Shown here piece after piece: positions 50,536 to 59,664 of a stretch of DNA of 64,000 nt. A program made the position numbers and the translations under genes. The stretch lies in the IMG/VR virus record IMGVR_UViG_3300029305_005387. One strand, written 5' to 3'. This DNA is from a virus (Duplodnaviria; Caudoviricetes). Numbering within the stretch: the first letter of the stretch is position 1; the number at the start of each line of letters is the position of its first letter. The notes under the pieces are model-generated. The model was not told the origin of the DNA. It searched no databases and saw nothing but the letters and a program-made list of their open reading frames with translations.

Positions 50536-50835
50536 TTACATCATTTCATATACTTGAATTGAATTTCCGGAAACTTCATATCCATCATAATTCCAGACAT
50601 ATTGAGAAAATCTAAAATGTTCAGGAACAAACTCATTTGTGATTCTGTATTTGATAGCTTCAATTTTAGAAGTAATCGGAATAAGAGATTCTTCAAGCTT
50701 CTCAAATTTATTAGGATCATCTGCTACCTGTGTTAATACTCTCGTACGGATTGTTTCCTTTGTTAGTAATTCAGATAATTCTCTAGCAAGTTCATCAGGA
50801 ATTGTAAAATTTCCTCGTAATACTTGATTGATCAT
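50536..50835 (-). CDS. Small helical protein, candidate CXXX-repeat modification system accessory protein
   Basis: 99 aa with GAGGAGG SD. Helical hairpin (FEKLEESL) ending in WNYD plus a beta strand, similar in size and layout to the accessory protein as recalled. Confidence 0.5.
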   Translation of the reverse strand: MINQVLRGNFTIPDELARELSELLTKETIRTRVLTQVADDPNKFEKLEESLIPITSKIEAIKYRITNEFVPEHFRFSQYVWNYDGYEVSGNSIQVYEMM

Positions 50836-50856
50836 GTTAATAACCTCCTCTGATTA

Positions 50857-51843
50857 TCATATTAACTTCAGTAGTTCCCCTCTGAAACTTTTAATATTCT
50901 TAGTTTCTTTTACAACATCTGAAGCAGAAATATTGATAATATTGTTACCAGCTAGAAGAGTAATACACATGAAAATCAAGTATTCAATGTTATCAACTGC
51001 AAGTGTAGAAGGAATATAATAATAATTGATCCAATCATTTAGTAAAGTTCCTAAGTGTGCAGATCTCATACGAGGAGAAGCTGTTTTAAGTAAATCAATT
51101 AATTCACTGACCTTGTGAGGATTTGCATTATCATATTCATGAACAATTTCATTAGCTCTCATTTCATCAAGATATTTAATATGAGCTTTTGAAATTGTAT
51201 TAATATTTTCTGCAGTATCATTAGATTCAAAGATATTCTCTAAGAAAAATCTATTAATCCAATATTGAATAGTATCGAATGTGATCTTATCTGCAGCTAC
51301 AGAAAATTGTCTGTTAATAATTCTCGTAAAGAACTTTGTGTAAATTTCCATCAGAATTTTCTGTAGATATTGATTTCTTGCAAGATTAGCATAATTATTC
51401 TTTAATCCATTTGCAATCAATGCACCAGTTAAAAGATCTCTCAATACAGGTGCTTGCATTGATAATACACCATCTCTGGAAACCTGAATGTACTTATCAA
51501 CAAACACGTATGTTACAAATCCTCGTTTTGTTTTAAGTGTAATGAATGGAATTGCTTGTGTTAATGATAATGATTGAACGTTATTGTAGATTAAAACTAC
51601 TCTTTCTTCATCAAATGCTTTCATTGCAGCTCTTGTTAGAGAATCACTAATCTGCTTGACAGCAATATATGCTGCTTCAATATCCTCATTTGTGAGGTGT
51701 TTAGCAGTTTTAATTAGATCAATAGCTTTGTCTAATGTAGTTCTACTTTTATCCATGTGATTTATTCCACTGGATCCACTTCCATCTCCATTAAATACTT
51801 CAGAGTGTACTAATGAAGATTCCATATAACCTGTAATAGCCAT
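50857..51843 (-). CDS. Hypothetical protein (probably late/virion)
   Basis: Start re-called to ATG 51843 (AGGAG SD). GACA-N6-TAA motif at 51868-51880. Confidence 0.75.
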   Translation of the reverse strand: MAITGYMESSLVHSEVFNGDGSGSSGINHMDKSRTTLDKAIDLIKTAKHLTNEDIEAAYIAVKQISDSLTRAAMKAFDEERVVLIYNNVQSLSLTQAIPFITLKTKRGFVTYVFVDKYIQVSRDGVLSMQAPVLRDLLTGALIANGLKNNYANLARNQYLQKILMEIYTKFFTRIINRQFSVAADKITFDTIQYWINRFFLENIFESNDTAENINTISKAHIKYLDEMRANEIVHEYDNANPHKVSELIDLLKTASPRMRSAHLGTLLNDWINYYYIPSTLAVDNIEYLIFMCITLLAGNNIINISASDVVKETKNIKSFRGELLKLI

Positions 51844-51886
51844 AAAGTTAAACACTCCTTTCTATAATTAAGTTTCTGTCTTGACT

Positions 51887-52129
51887 TTATACGATTGCAT
51901 TTGTAACCTTTTGAACAATCTCAGGTAGTTCATCATTTACTTCTGTTAGTTTATAAATTATGAGCACTTCTCTATTATCATCTCTATATTGTGGATGAAT
52001 GAGAGAATTAAATTTTATATCTACAATTTCTACATTGTATCTAGAATCTTCTTGTATTTTTAATAAGAATTCATTAATTCTACTTTCTAATACTTCATAT
52101 TTACATTGTATAAATTTTACTTTTAACAT
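51887..52129 (-). CDS. Small protein resembling the Cse60/DUF2758 family
   Basis: MLKVKFI...LESRINEFL...IVDIKF...VLIIY pattern. Confidence 0.55.
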   Translation of the reverse strand: MLKVKFIQCKYEVLESRINEFLLKIQEDSRYNVEIVDIKFNSLIHPQYRDDNREVLIIYKLTEVNDELPEIVQKVTNAIV

Positions 52130-52131
52130 TT

Positions 52132-53031
52132 TTATTTCACCTCAATTTTATCTAATCTTTGTGGAAGTAATGAGAAACGCATTACATCTATCAATGAGTA
52201 TAATTCTAATTCATGTATTACATCATATAGCTCATCTGGAAATGGTTCTGTACGATATAACATATCGACAGAAAGATCTAAAAGTTTATAGTCAGTTACA
52301 ATGGTTACCAGTTTTCTAGTAAATTCTATGTCTTTTTCTCCGGCTATTAATCTTTCTCGAATTTTCATTTTAATCTCAGTAAGTCTTCTATAAATAGATT
52401 CTAAAGATCCAAATTTATTCATTAATTCTAATGCAGTTCTTTCTCCAATTCCATGAATGCCAATAATATTATCAGAACGATCCCCTTGTAAAATCTTTAA
52501 TTCAATCCATTGTTCTGGAGTGAGATTATATTTTTCTCTCATAAAATCTTTATCAACGAAATCACTATTTCTAGGTGACTGAATAAAAGTATGATCTGTT
52601 ACAAGTTGATACATATCTTTATCTGAAGAAATAATTATAACATCCATATCATTGTCTTCACCTAAACGTGAAATCATACCCAATACATCATCAGCTTCAT
52701 AAAGTTCATTATTCAAAGTTTGAAATCCTAATAGAGCAATTAATTGAGATATGTATCTCATTTGATCTATAATATCTTGATCATGTTTTTTACGTTGTGC
52801 TTTGTATCCTGGATACATCTTCCTTCTAAATGTACGTTTTCTACTAATATCATTAGCGAATACAATAAAGTCTGGCTCAAAAGTTTCTTTTAACATTTTT
52901 AATTTAAAGAAAAACCCTTTAATTGCATTAACATTGATACCCTTAGAGTTGACTAAGTGTTGTCCATAATAACTAGCAAATGCCACGTTATTAAAGTCAA
53001 TTGCTAGTATTAATTTTCTTTTTTCTTCCAT
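52132..53031 (-). CDS. 5'-3' exonuclease / flap endonuclease (PolA N-terminal or RNase H-like)
   Basis: LAIDFNN, FRRKMYPGYKAQR, YEADDVLG, SSDKDMYQL, LQGDRSDNIIGIHGIGERTA. Early-type motif at 53109-53118. Confidence 0.93.
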   Translation of the reverse strand: MEEKRKLILAIDFNNVAFASYYGQHLVNSKGINVNAIKGFFFKLKMLKETFEPDFIVFANDISRKRTFRRKMYPGYKAQRKKHDQDIIDQMRYISQLIALLGFQTLNNELYEADDVLGMISRLGEDNDMDVIIISSDKDMYQLVTDHTFIQSPRNSDFVDKDFMREKYNLTPEQWIELKILQGDRSDNIIGIHGIGERTALELMNKFGSLESIYRRLTEIKMKIRERLIAGEKDIEFTRKLVTIVTDYKLLDLSVDMLYRTEPFPDELYDVIHELELYSLIDVMRFSLLPQRLDKIEVK

Positions 53032-53122
53032 ATTATTTTATCCTTTCTATAAGTAAGTAAATAATAGTAATTTAGAAACGAGTTTATATTTCGTCCATAA
53101 TTAATGCGATAATATATAAACA

Positions 53123-53155
53123 AGATTAGGAGGAGTCAATTGACTCCTCCTAATC
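53123..53155. terminator. Intrinsic terminator hairpin
   Basis: gattaggaggagtca-at-tgactcctcctaatc. Confidence 0.8.
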
Positions 53156-53157
53156 AA

Positions 53158-53919
53158 TTACTTATAAACTTCTATTTTGAAAGGTAGATGCTTTCCATTT
53201 ACAGTTATTGATTCGATGGTGTGTTCTAATAATCCGTATGAACCTACCATATTATGATTAGGATCGGACATATTACGAGCAATACCTATTGCAGCTACTG
53301 GATAAAAATCTGAATCTCTACGATATGATGGTAATAAAATCATTGAAGAAAATTTTGATACATTACGTTCACTGTTTATCTCATATTGAGGTAAATTATC
53401 ATTTTTCTTAAACATTCTATTCCATCCAGTTACATATGGACCATATGATTCATAAACGGTATATCCTGAAATATTTATTGCAATATTATCAAACTCACAA
53501 CTCATTGGATTATCATTAATATCTGAAATAGAAATAGAAGATCCATCCGAAAGTATTGCATATAATCTTCCTATGAAAAGAAAATTACCTTCCACCTCAT
53601 ATTTATCTTTAGAATATTCAAATAATAAAGTTTTTGTGTTAAGATTTTCTTCTTTATCATAATGAATTTGTAAAATATTTTCAAGATCTTCATTAAATTC
53701 TAATTCAGGATACATTGGATGATGAATTTGTTTGTTCAGTAAATAAACCATACGAAAACTCATAATATCTTCAGCTTTAAAAGTCTTCTTTGGAGTATCT
53801 CTTCGCCATATACCATTTATGTTCATCCATTGTTCTGTATCTCTCCATATACCATTAATACATGTCTGTGGATTATCTACTTCTCTCCATATGTTATTTA
53901 TATTGACAGGAACTGACAT
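53158..53919 (-). CDS. Putative tail-fibre distal / receptor-binding accessory protein
   Basis: Three N-terminal IN(N/G)IWR repeats, downstream of the large fibre gene. Confidence 0.6.
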   Translation of the reverse strand: MSVPVNINNIWREVDNPQTCINGIWRDTEQWMNINGIWRRDTPKKTFKAEDIMSFRMVYLLNKQIHHPMYPELEFNEDLENILQIHYDKEENLNTKTLLFEYSKDKYEVEGNFLFIGRLYAILSDGSSISISDINDNPMSCEFDNIAINISGYTVYESYGPYVTGWNRMFKKNDNLPQYEINSERNVSKFSSMILLPSYRRDSDFYPVAAIGIARNMSDPNHNMVGSYGLLEHTIESITVNGKHLPFKIEVYK

Positions 53920-53934
53920 TTTTAGATACCTCCT

Positions 53935-54339
53935 TTAATTTGAAATATTAGGAGGTATCCAGTTACCATTTAAATATAATTGATACTCTTCATATGTCAA
54001 TTGAGCAATATTTATCACATGAATATTTTCAAACTCATCCTGTGAAATAAATCCTGGCATTTTATCAACTTTTCTAGTTTCAGTTCTACTAGATATAAAA
54101 ATATTATATCCTTCTGCAATTAGTGTTTTTACATTGGATTCATTTTCATAATTCATATATGAATAAAGATGATTAGTTTTGCCAGGATTATTAAATATAG
54201 ATGTAAGTTCTTTGAGATCCATATAGGAAGGATCTATTTCAATGGATAATGTGTCTCTTGTAATTCCATTGATTATTCGAGGACCTCCAAGAATGCGAAT
54301 TACTTCAAGTTGAGTTGAATCATTTAATTCTAAAATCAT
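53935..54339 (-). CDS. Hypothetical protein, possible fibre assembly factor
   Basis: 134-aa ORF with AGGAGG SD, located within the fibre operon. Confidence 0.65.
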   Translation of the reverse strand: MILELNDSTQLEVIRILGGPRIINGITRDTLSIEIDPSYMDLKELTSIFNNPGKTNHLYSYMNYENESNVKTLIAEGYNIFISSRTETRKVDKMPGFISQDEFENIHVINIAQLTYEEYQLYLNGNWIPPNISN

Positions 54340-54357
54340 TTTAAACCCCTCCTTCCT

Positions 54358-57300
54358 TTATGAATAACGGAACCAGATATCACCATTCTGTCCATCGGTA
54401 GGTCTTCTATAAGAAATAATAGTATTTCTAATAGCTCTTCTTTCAAGATCAGAATGCTTTTTAACTGTTGTATATGCAGGTAATTCAATTTCTTGAACAA
54501 GTTTATCTCCATTGATGGATTCATCTTGCATTTTACTCATAGAAATAGATTTATCTGCAATCTTTTCTTCTGTTACAGATTCATTTCTAATTTTACTATT
54601 ATCGATAGCATTATCTAGAATATGAACTGTATTGATCATTTCTTCATTAGCAAGTTTCTGAGCACCGATTGAAAAATCTTGAATCTTATTACCTTTGATA
54701 GAATTCATTTGAATCTTATCATCATTAATACTTTCATTTTCAATCATTTCAGAATTAACTTTAACCCAATCAACTTTACCAGTTTCTTTATTCATAGAAA
54801 TAACTGTATTTGGATCTTCAGAATCCTTGAATAAATCAGGGGTTAAAGTTTCTTTTTCAACCATTTCTCCAGTTATATTTGTCCATACTGGGTCAGTATT
54901 CGCATCAGTAACTGCAAGTACTTTATTAGGTTGCTCACTAGTGAATAATTTCTTACCTGTAACTGCACGATCGTTGATATAATCTGTAATTACAGAATCT
55001 TCTTTTAGTATTGCACCCTTTTGTTCATTATATCCATATCCAGTGATGTCAATCATTGGTTCTGATTCAGGTTCAATTTCTCCAGTAATGATACCACGAA
55101 TTCTAGATACATCAATAGGAGCAATCTCGTTTTCTTTTACTTCAAAGGAACTAGAAGCATATGTAACTTCTAATGTTCCGTCAACCATGTCACTGATATC
55201 TTTATTAGAAATACTTAGTACTTCATCACCATAGTCAGTGTACATAGATGGATTATTTGTAACTACTTGATCATTATTAAGTATAGCATACATTGTATCT
55301 TGTGAAATAGGAATAATATAAGAGTAATCAACTCCAGAACCATTTCCACATCCACAATTACAAGACGAACCAGAATTTCCTTCAAGAGTAAGATTAATAC
55401 TACCATCTTCAGTATCTTCAACAGAAACTTCACCATCGATAATAGCACGAATTCTTTCTGCAGAAATTGGTTCTATAACAATATCACCAATTTGTGTACT
55501 TTCAGAAGATTCCTCAACAATTAATTCCTCATCAACGATAGCTTCGAGAATAGATTCATCAATACGATCAAATTCAACGTCATTATACGTAAATGATTCA
55601 TTTGAACTTGCTTCAGTTTCACCTGCAAGTATACTTAGAATGGTTTCATCACTGATGTCATCTATGGTGATATTTCTAGTAACACTAGAACTTGAATCAT
55701 TACCAGAATCTCCAGTACCTGGTGAACCACCGCTATTCAATCCACCATAACAAGGAATTCTTGATTGTAGATTAGAATTGAATTTTGCCAAATGCTCGAT
55801 AATTCTATCAATAACCCACTGACAGTCCGGTATTAATTCACCATCACCATTATCATCACTTGCTTGTGGTGCTGGACGAACTTCTACTTTCGGTGAACCA
55901 AGTAATTCAATACTTCTTACCAGCTTATCTCTGGTAATAGAAGCATTTTCAATCATGTCCTCGACTACTTTCATATATTGAGGAGCTGAACCGGCTTCAC
56001 TTACTCCAAGAATTACATTAGATACTTCCGAAGATTTAAGTTTAGATATATCTATTAATCCATCTGGTAAAATTACTTCTCCTTCATGAGAATAATTACC
56101 CATCATAGATTTAATAGTTTTTCGCACCCAAGCAGTATCAGGAATAGAATTATCATTTGAATATTCGGCTGGTCTATCGGCAATTCGTGTATTACCATAA
56201 AATAGTAAATCGTGTTTTAATTTAGAATGACCAATAGATCCATCTTCAATAAACTCTTCCGTGATCTGAATAAAATCAGGTACATCTCCAATATTAACAG
56301 AACCTAATACTCTGAAAGGTCTTTCACTTCTGAATATTTTTTCACCAGTAACAGACATATCTTCGATCATATCTGTTTGAATTTGCATCCATTTTATTTG
56401 ATCACTATCTTTTCCGATACCAATAATTCTACTCTTTATATCAGGAATTGCTAATTTGCTTATTTCTATTGAATGATCGGCAATATGTTCATTAATAATA
56501 ACCTCTGGTAGAATATGCGTAGAATCAATTATCTGCTTTGCTAAATATTTAGAGGTGATAGATTCATCTTTAATGTTAGAAATGTCAAACTTAACATCTT
56601 CTCCTAACATTTTAGAAGTAATCTTCATATATTTAGCAGGTGTATTAGCATCTTCAACAGCAAGTACCATATCAGAGATACTACTACTAAATATCTTCTC
56701 ACCAGTAACGGAATAATCCTCGATGAAATCTGTAGTAAGTTTCATCCATTTTGGAGTTCTATTAATTAAATCAAAACCCAAAATAGATTTATTGATATCA
56801 GGAATTGCTAGTTTTTCTTCAGTTATGGATTCATCAATAATAGCATCAGTTCCAACAGAAGCTGTAGCCATCATTTCTCTTGTGATCTGAGAATATTGAG
56901 GGTGTCCACCATCTGGACCAACAGCTAGTACTCTATTAGGGATTTCAGATTTAAAAATCTTTTCACTAGTTACAGAAGATTCTTCAAGAGCTAATGTAGA
57001 AACAGAATCTTTATCGAGAACTCTTTTAGATACTGATCTATTCGCTAATTTTTCTTCAGTAACTGCATTAGATTTAATATTGTGGGAATCTACAGATTCA
57101 TCATCCAACATATCTGAATTAATTCTGCCCCAGTAAGCATCTCCATTAACTTCAGTAACTATTAAAGCTCTATTTTTCAATGGAGAAGAAAAAAGATGTT
57201 CTCCGCTTACTGAATGCGGAGCAATATTTTTTCCAGTAATAGTAATATTGCTGAATAACTTACGAACCCATGATGTATCAGGAATACTGTTATCATCAGA

Positions 57301-58875
57301 TTCTAATACAGGAGATTCATTTAATTTAACATTACGCAATACTGCATATTGAGCAATCTTATCTCCAGTAACTGCATTTTCTCTGATGTTATTTGTATCA
57401 ACTGCAGTATCTGCAATTTTTTCATGAGTTACTGATTTATCTGATAATTTGGATGTAGATATAGCATTATCAGCAATCATCTCATTAATTACTTGCATCC
57501 ACTCTGCATCTGATCCAGCTTCTTTTACAGCTAAAATCCTATTAGATATTTCAGATGTAAATAATACTCTACCTGTAAGTGTATGAGTTTCAATATTAGA
57601 ATCTTTAATAGTTCCATCTGCAATCTTTTCTGTTGTAATAGATCCATCAGCATAGTTGATGGTAGTAATTGTTAAATCAGCTATCTTATTACCAGTAATA
57701 GATTTATCGGCATACACAGAATTACCTAAAGAATTATCTAATATCTCATTAGAAGTAATGCTCTTTGGAATAATTGAAGCACTTATAAGATTTGCATCTT
57801 TATTTACTTCAATTTTGATATGGGTTCCAATTGTACCTATATATTTCTGAACTAGATTCTGAATACTGATACGCTTAGAAGATCCATTTAATTCAGTAAT
57901 AACCAATTCATTAGTTTCCTGATCTACAGTAATTTCATCAACTAAACCATCAGTAACAATTGGAATAGATACGACTGAAGTATCATTAAAAGATATCAAT
58001 AATCTACCTTTTGTTTGATCATAATTGATATCAATTACATATTTCAAGTCACCATATAAACCACTAATTCCAGAAATTAATGCATTTAAATTATCTAATG
58101 CATTCTTAGTTGCTCTAGAAATAGGTTTATCAATATCGGAAGTATTATCTACATTACTTAACCCAATCTGATCTTTAGTTACTTCATGTGGATTATTTTT
58201 ATCAAGAGTATGATTTTCAAAAGTAACTAAATCTACTGCACCAATCTGTTTAGCTGTTACATGATGAGGATTTTCATAATCAGATATATGTTTAGTAATA
58301 TTAACTCCGAATTGAGTAGAATCAATTTCTGTTATTATATTAGACATTTCTTTTCTAATATCAGAAATTAATTTTGTTATCGCAGCTTGAGAAACAATAC
58401 CTGTTTCATCATCGCCTAATTCATTATATATTTCTGGCCTACCAACAATTGCAGTCCATAGTAATTTGGTCGTGTCATCACCAGTAGCATTTCCATTATT
58501 ATCTACAAAGCCATATTTACGAAGTAATTCACCTACAGCTTTTTCTGTTGGAATTCTATCACTTCGTTGAGAAGCTTCATCGTATGGAATTTTAGTACTA
58601 ATTTGAATAGATCCAATAGCACCAGCTGCTCCACCATAAGTTACTAAATTATCAGCTGATTTAGCAGGGATAAGAGGTTGACGTCCATTCAAATCAGAAT
58701 TAATTTGTTCTAATACTTCTGCTAATGTAGGACTATCCTCATCGTACATATCCTGTCGTACAGCTTTAAATACAGTAATAGGAAATGTGTTCTTATAATT
58801 TAGATTAGGTGGAGGAGTGGCGTTGGGATCTATCCACACACGTGATTGAATAATTTCATGTCCTATTAGTCCCAT
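54358..58875 (-). CDS. Large repeat-rich tail-fibre protein
   Basis: NPHxVTxxQIG and LSNVDNTSDIDKPIS motifs, many (S/A)(I/V)TxxK(I/L)ADxS decamer repeats, C-terminal PTDGQNGDIWFRY. Confidence 0.8.
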   Translation of the reverse strand: MGLIGHEIIQSRVWIDPNATPPPNLNYKNTFPITVFKAVRQDMYDEDSPTLAEVLEQINSDLNGRQPLIPAKSADNLVTYGGAAGAIGSIQISTKIPYDEASQRSDRIPTEKAVGELLRKYGFVDNNGNATGDDTTKLLWTAIVGRPEIYNELGDDETGIVSQAAITKLISDIRKEMSNIITEIDSTQFGVNITKHISDYENPHHVTAKQIGAVDLVTFENHTLDKNNPHEVTKDQIGLSNVDNTSDIDKPISRATKNALDNLNALISGISGLYGDLKYVIDINYDQTKGRLLISFNDTSVVSIPIVTDGLVDEITVDQETNELVITELNGSSKRISIQNLVQKYIGTIGTHIKIEVNKDANLISASIIPKSITSNEILDNSLGNSVYADKSITGNKIADLTITTINYADGSITTEKIADGTIKDSNIETHTLTGRVLFTSEISNRILAVKEAGSDAEWMQVINEMIADNAISTSKLSDKSVTHEKIADTAVDTNNIRENAVTGDKIAQYAVLRNVKLNESPVLESDDNSIPDTSWVRKLFSNITITGKNIAPHSVSGEHLFSSPLKNRALIVTEVNGDAYWGRINSDMLDDESVDSHNIKSNAVTEEKLANRSVSKRVLDKDSVSTLALEESSVTSEKIFKSEIPNRVLAVGPDGGHPQYSQITREMMATASVGTDAIIDESITEEKLAIPDINKSILGFDLINRTPKWMKLTTDFIEDYSVTGEKIFSSSISDMVLAVEDANTPAKYMKITSKMLGEDVKFDISNIKDESITSKYLAKQIIDSTHILPEVIINEHIADHSIEISKLAIPDIKSRIIGIGKDSDQIKWMQIQTDMIEDMSVTGEKIFRSERPFRVLGSVNIGDVPDFIQITEEFIEDGSIGHSKLKHDLLFYGNTRIADRPAEYSNDNSIPDTAWVRKTIKSMMGNYSHEGEVILPDGLIDISKLKSSEVSNVILGVSEAGSAPQYMKVVEDMIENASITRDKLVRSIELLGSPKVEVRPAPQASDDNGDGELIPDCQWVIDRIIEHLAKFNSNLQSRIPCYGGLNSGGSPGTGDSGNDSSSSVTRNITIDDISDETILSILAGETEASSNESFTYNDVEFDRIDESILEAIVDEELIVEESSESTQIGDIVIEPISAERIRAIIDGEVSVEDTEDGSINLTLEGNSGSSCNCGCGNGSGVDYSYIIPISQDTMYAILNNDQVVTNNPSMYTDYGDEVLSISNKDISDMVDGTLEVTYASSSFEVKENEIAPIDVSRIRGIITGEIEPESEPMIDITGYGYNEQKGAILKEDSVITDYINDRAVTGKKLFTSEQPNKVLAVTDANTDPVWTNITGEMVEKETLTPDLFKDSEDPNTVISMNKETGKVDWVKVNSEMIENESINDDKIQMNSIKGNKIQDFSIGAQKLANEEMINTVHILDNAIDNSKIRNESVTEEKIADKSISMSKMQDESINGDKLVQEIELPAYTTVKKHSDLERRAIRNTIISYRRPTDGQNGDIWFRYS

Positions 58876-58905
58876 TTTGTAATCACTCCTTCTTTATAAA
58901 CTGTG

Positions 58906-58963
58906 ATATCTTTAAAGAAGGGTTGCTCACGAATACTGAACCAAGACCATTCTTTAAAGATAT
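58906..58963. promoter_or_regulatory. Divergent late-type promoters forming an inverted repeat
   Basis: AACC-CTTCTT-TAAAGATAT on - and GACC-ATTCTT-TAAAGATAT on +. Confidence 0.5.
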
Positions 58964-58997
58964 GCTTGGAGTATACAAGTAAACTAAATAAAGGAGG

Positions 58998-59588
58998 ATG
59001 GCAGAAATGAGCAATAATGTATATCAATTTCTTGATGATCTTGGAACACAAGAATTCATCGATGTTGTAAAAGAAATCGCTGAAGAAAATTTGGAAAAAT
59101 CCATATGTACAGATATAGATTCTGAAAGTACGGATAATGAAATGCCTAGTGCTAAAAGTGTATTATCATTGATAGATCAGGTTATTAATGTCATTAATAA
59201 TACGACTGGAGAAATTTCAGATGTCAAAAAATCTTTACAAGATGCATGTGGATACTGTGGTATAACAGTTGCTGGTATTGGTGCTTCTAGTATTATGGAA
59301 CATCTTAAGTTCAGTTTTATTACTGGTGATATCAATACATTAGTGACTAATCCGGATAGTTCAATATTATATTTCCAACATGATTCAGAAGATGATAATA
59401 CATGGACAATGTATATTTACAAAGATAAATGGTTAGCTGTAGGAGAAACTAAATATGATCTTCTGAATTACTGGAGTAAAGATAATGATGAAATACTACA
59501 GGAAGTATATAATCGTGTAATTGGATCTATTGCATCGAATAATATAAAAACAAAAGCAACTTCAGCATATACTAAGATCGTTAAATAA
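58998..59588 (+). CDS. Putative virion protein, paralog family with 59665 and 60615
   Basis: YQFLDDLG, ITGDI, YFQHDSEDDNTWTMY, GETKYDLLNYWSK. Confidence 0.75.
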   Translation: MAEMSNNVYQFLDDLGTQEFIDVVKEIAEENLEKSICTDIDSESTDNEMPSAKSVLSLIDQVINVINNTTGEISDVKKSLQDACGYCGITVAGIGASSIMEHLKFSFITGDINTLVTNPDSSILYFQHDSEDDNTWTMYIYKDKWLAVGETKYDLLNYWSKDNDEILQEVYNRVIGSIASNNIKTKATSAYTKIVK

Positions 59589-59599
59589 CAAAGGTGAAA

Positions 59600-59631
59600 T
59601 AGTAGGACGAGGCAATTGCCTCGTCCTACTA
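59600..59631. terminator. Terminator hairpin between convergent genes
   Basis: tagtaggacgaggca-at-tgcctcgtcctacta. Confidence 0.8.
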
Positions 59632-59664
59632 CCTCTATATCTTTATTATATATCGGAGGATATA

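Noticed and set aside
53780-53900. Possible diversity-generating retroelement repeat pair in the fibre-associated gene
   Set aside because: Only three short in-frame IN(G/N)IWR repeats. No ~100-bp TR/VR pair with adenine-specific mismatches was seen and there is no reverse transcriptase in the window.
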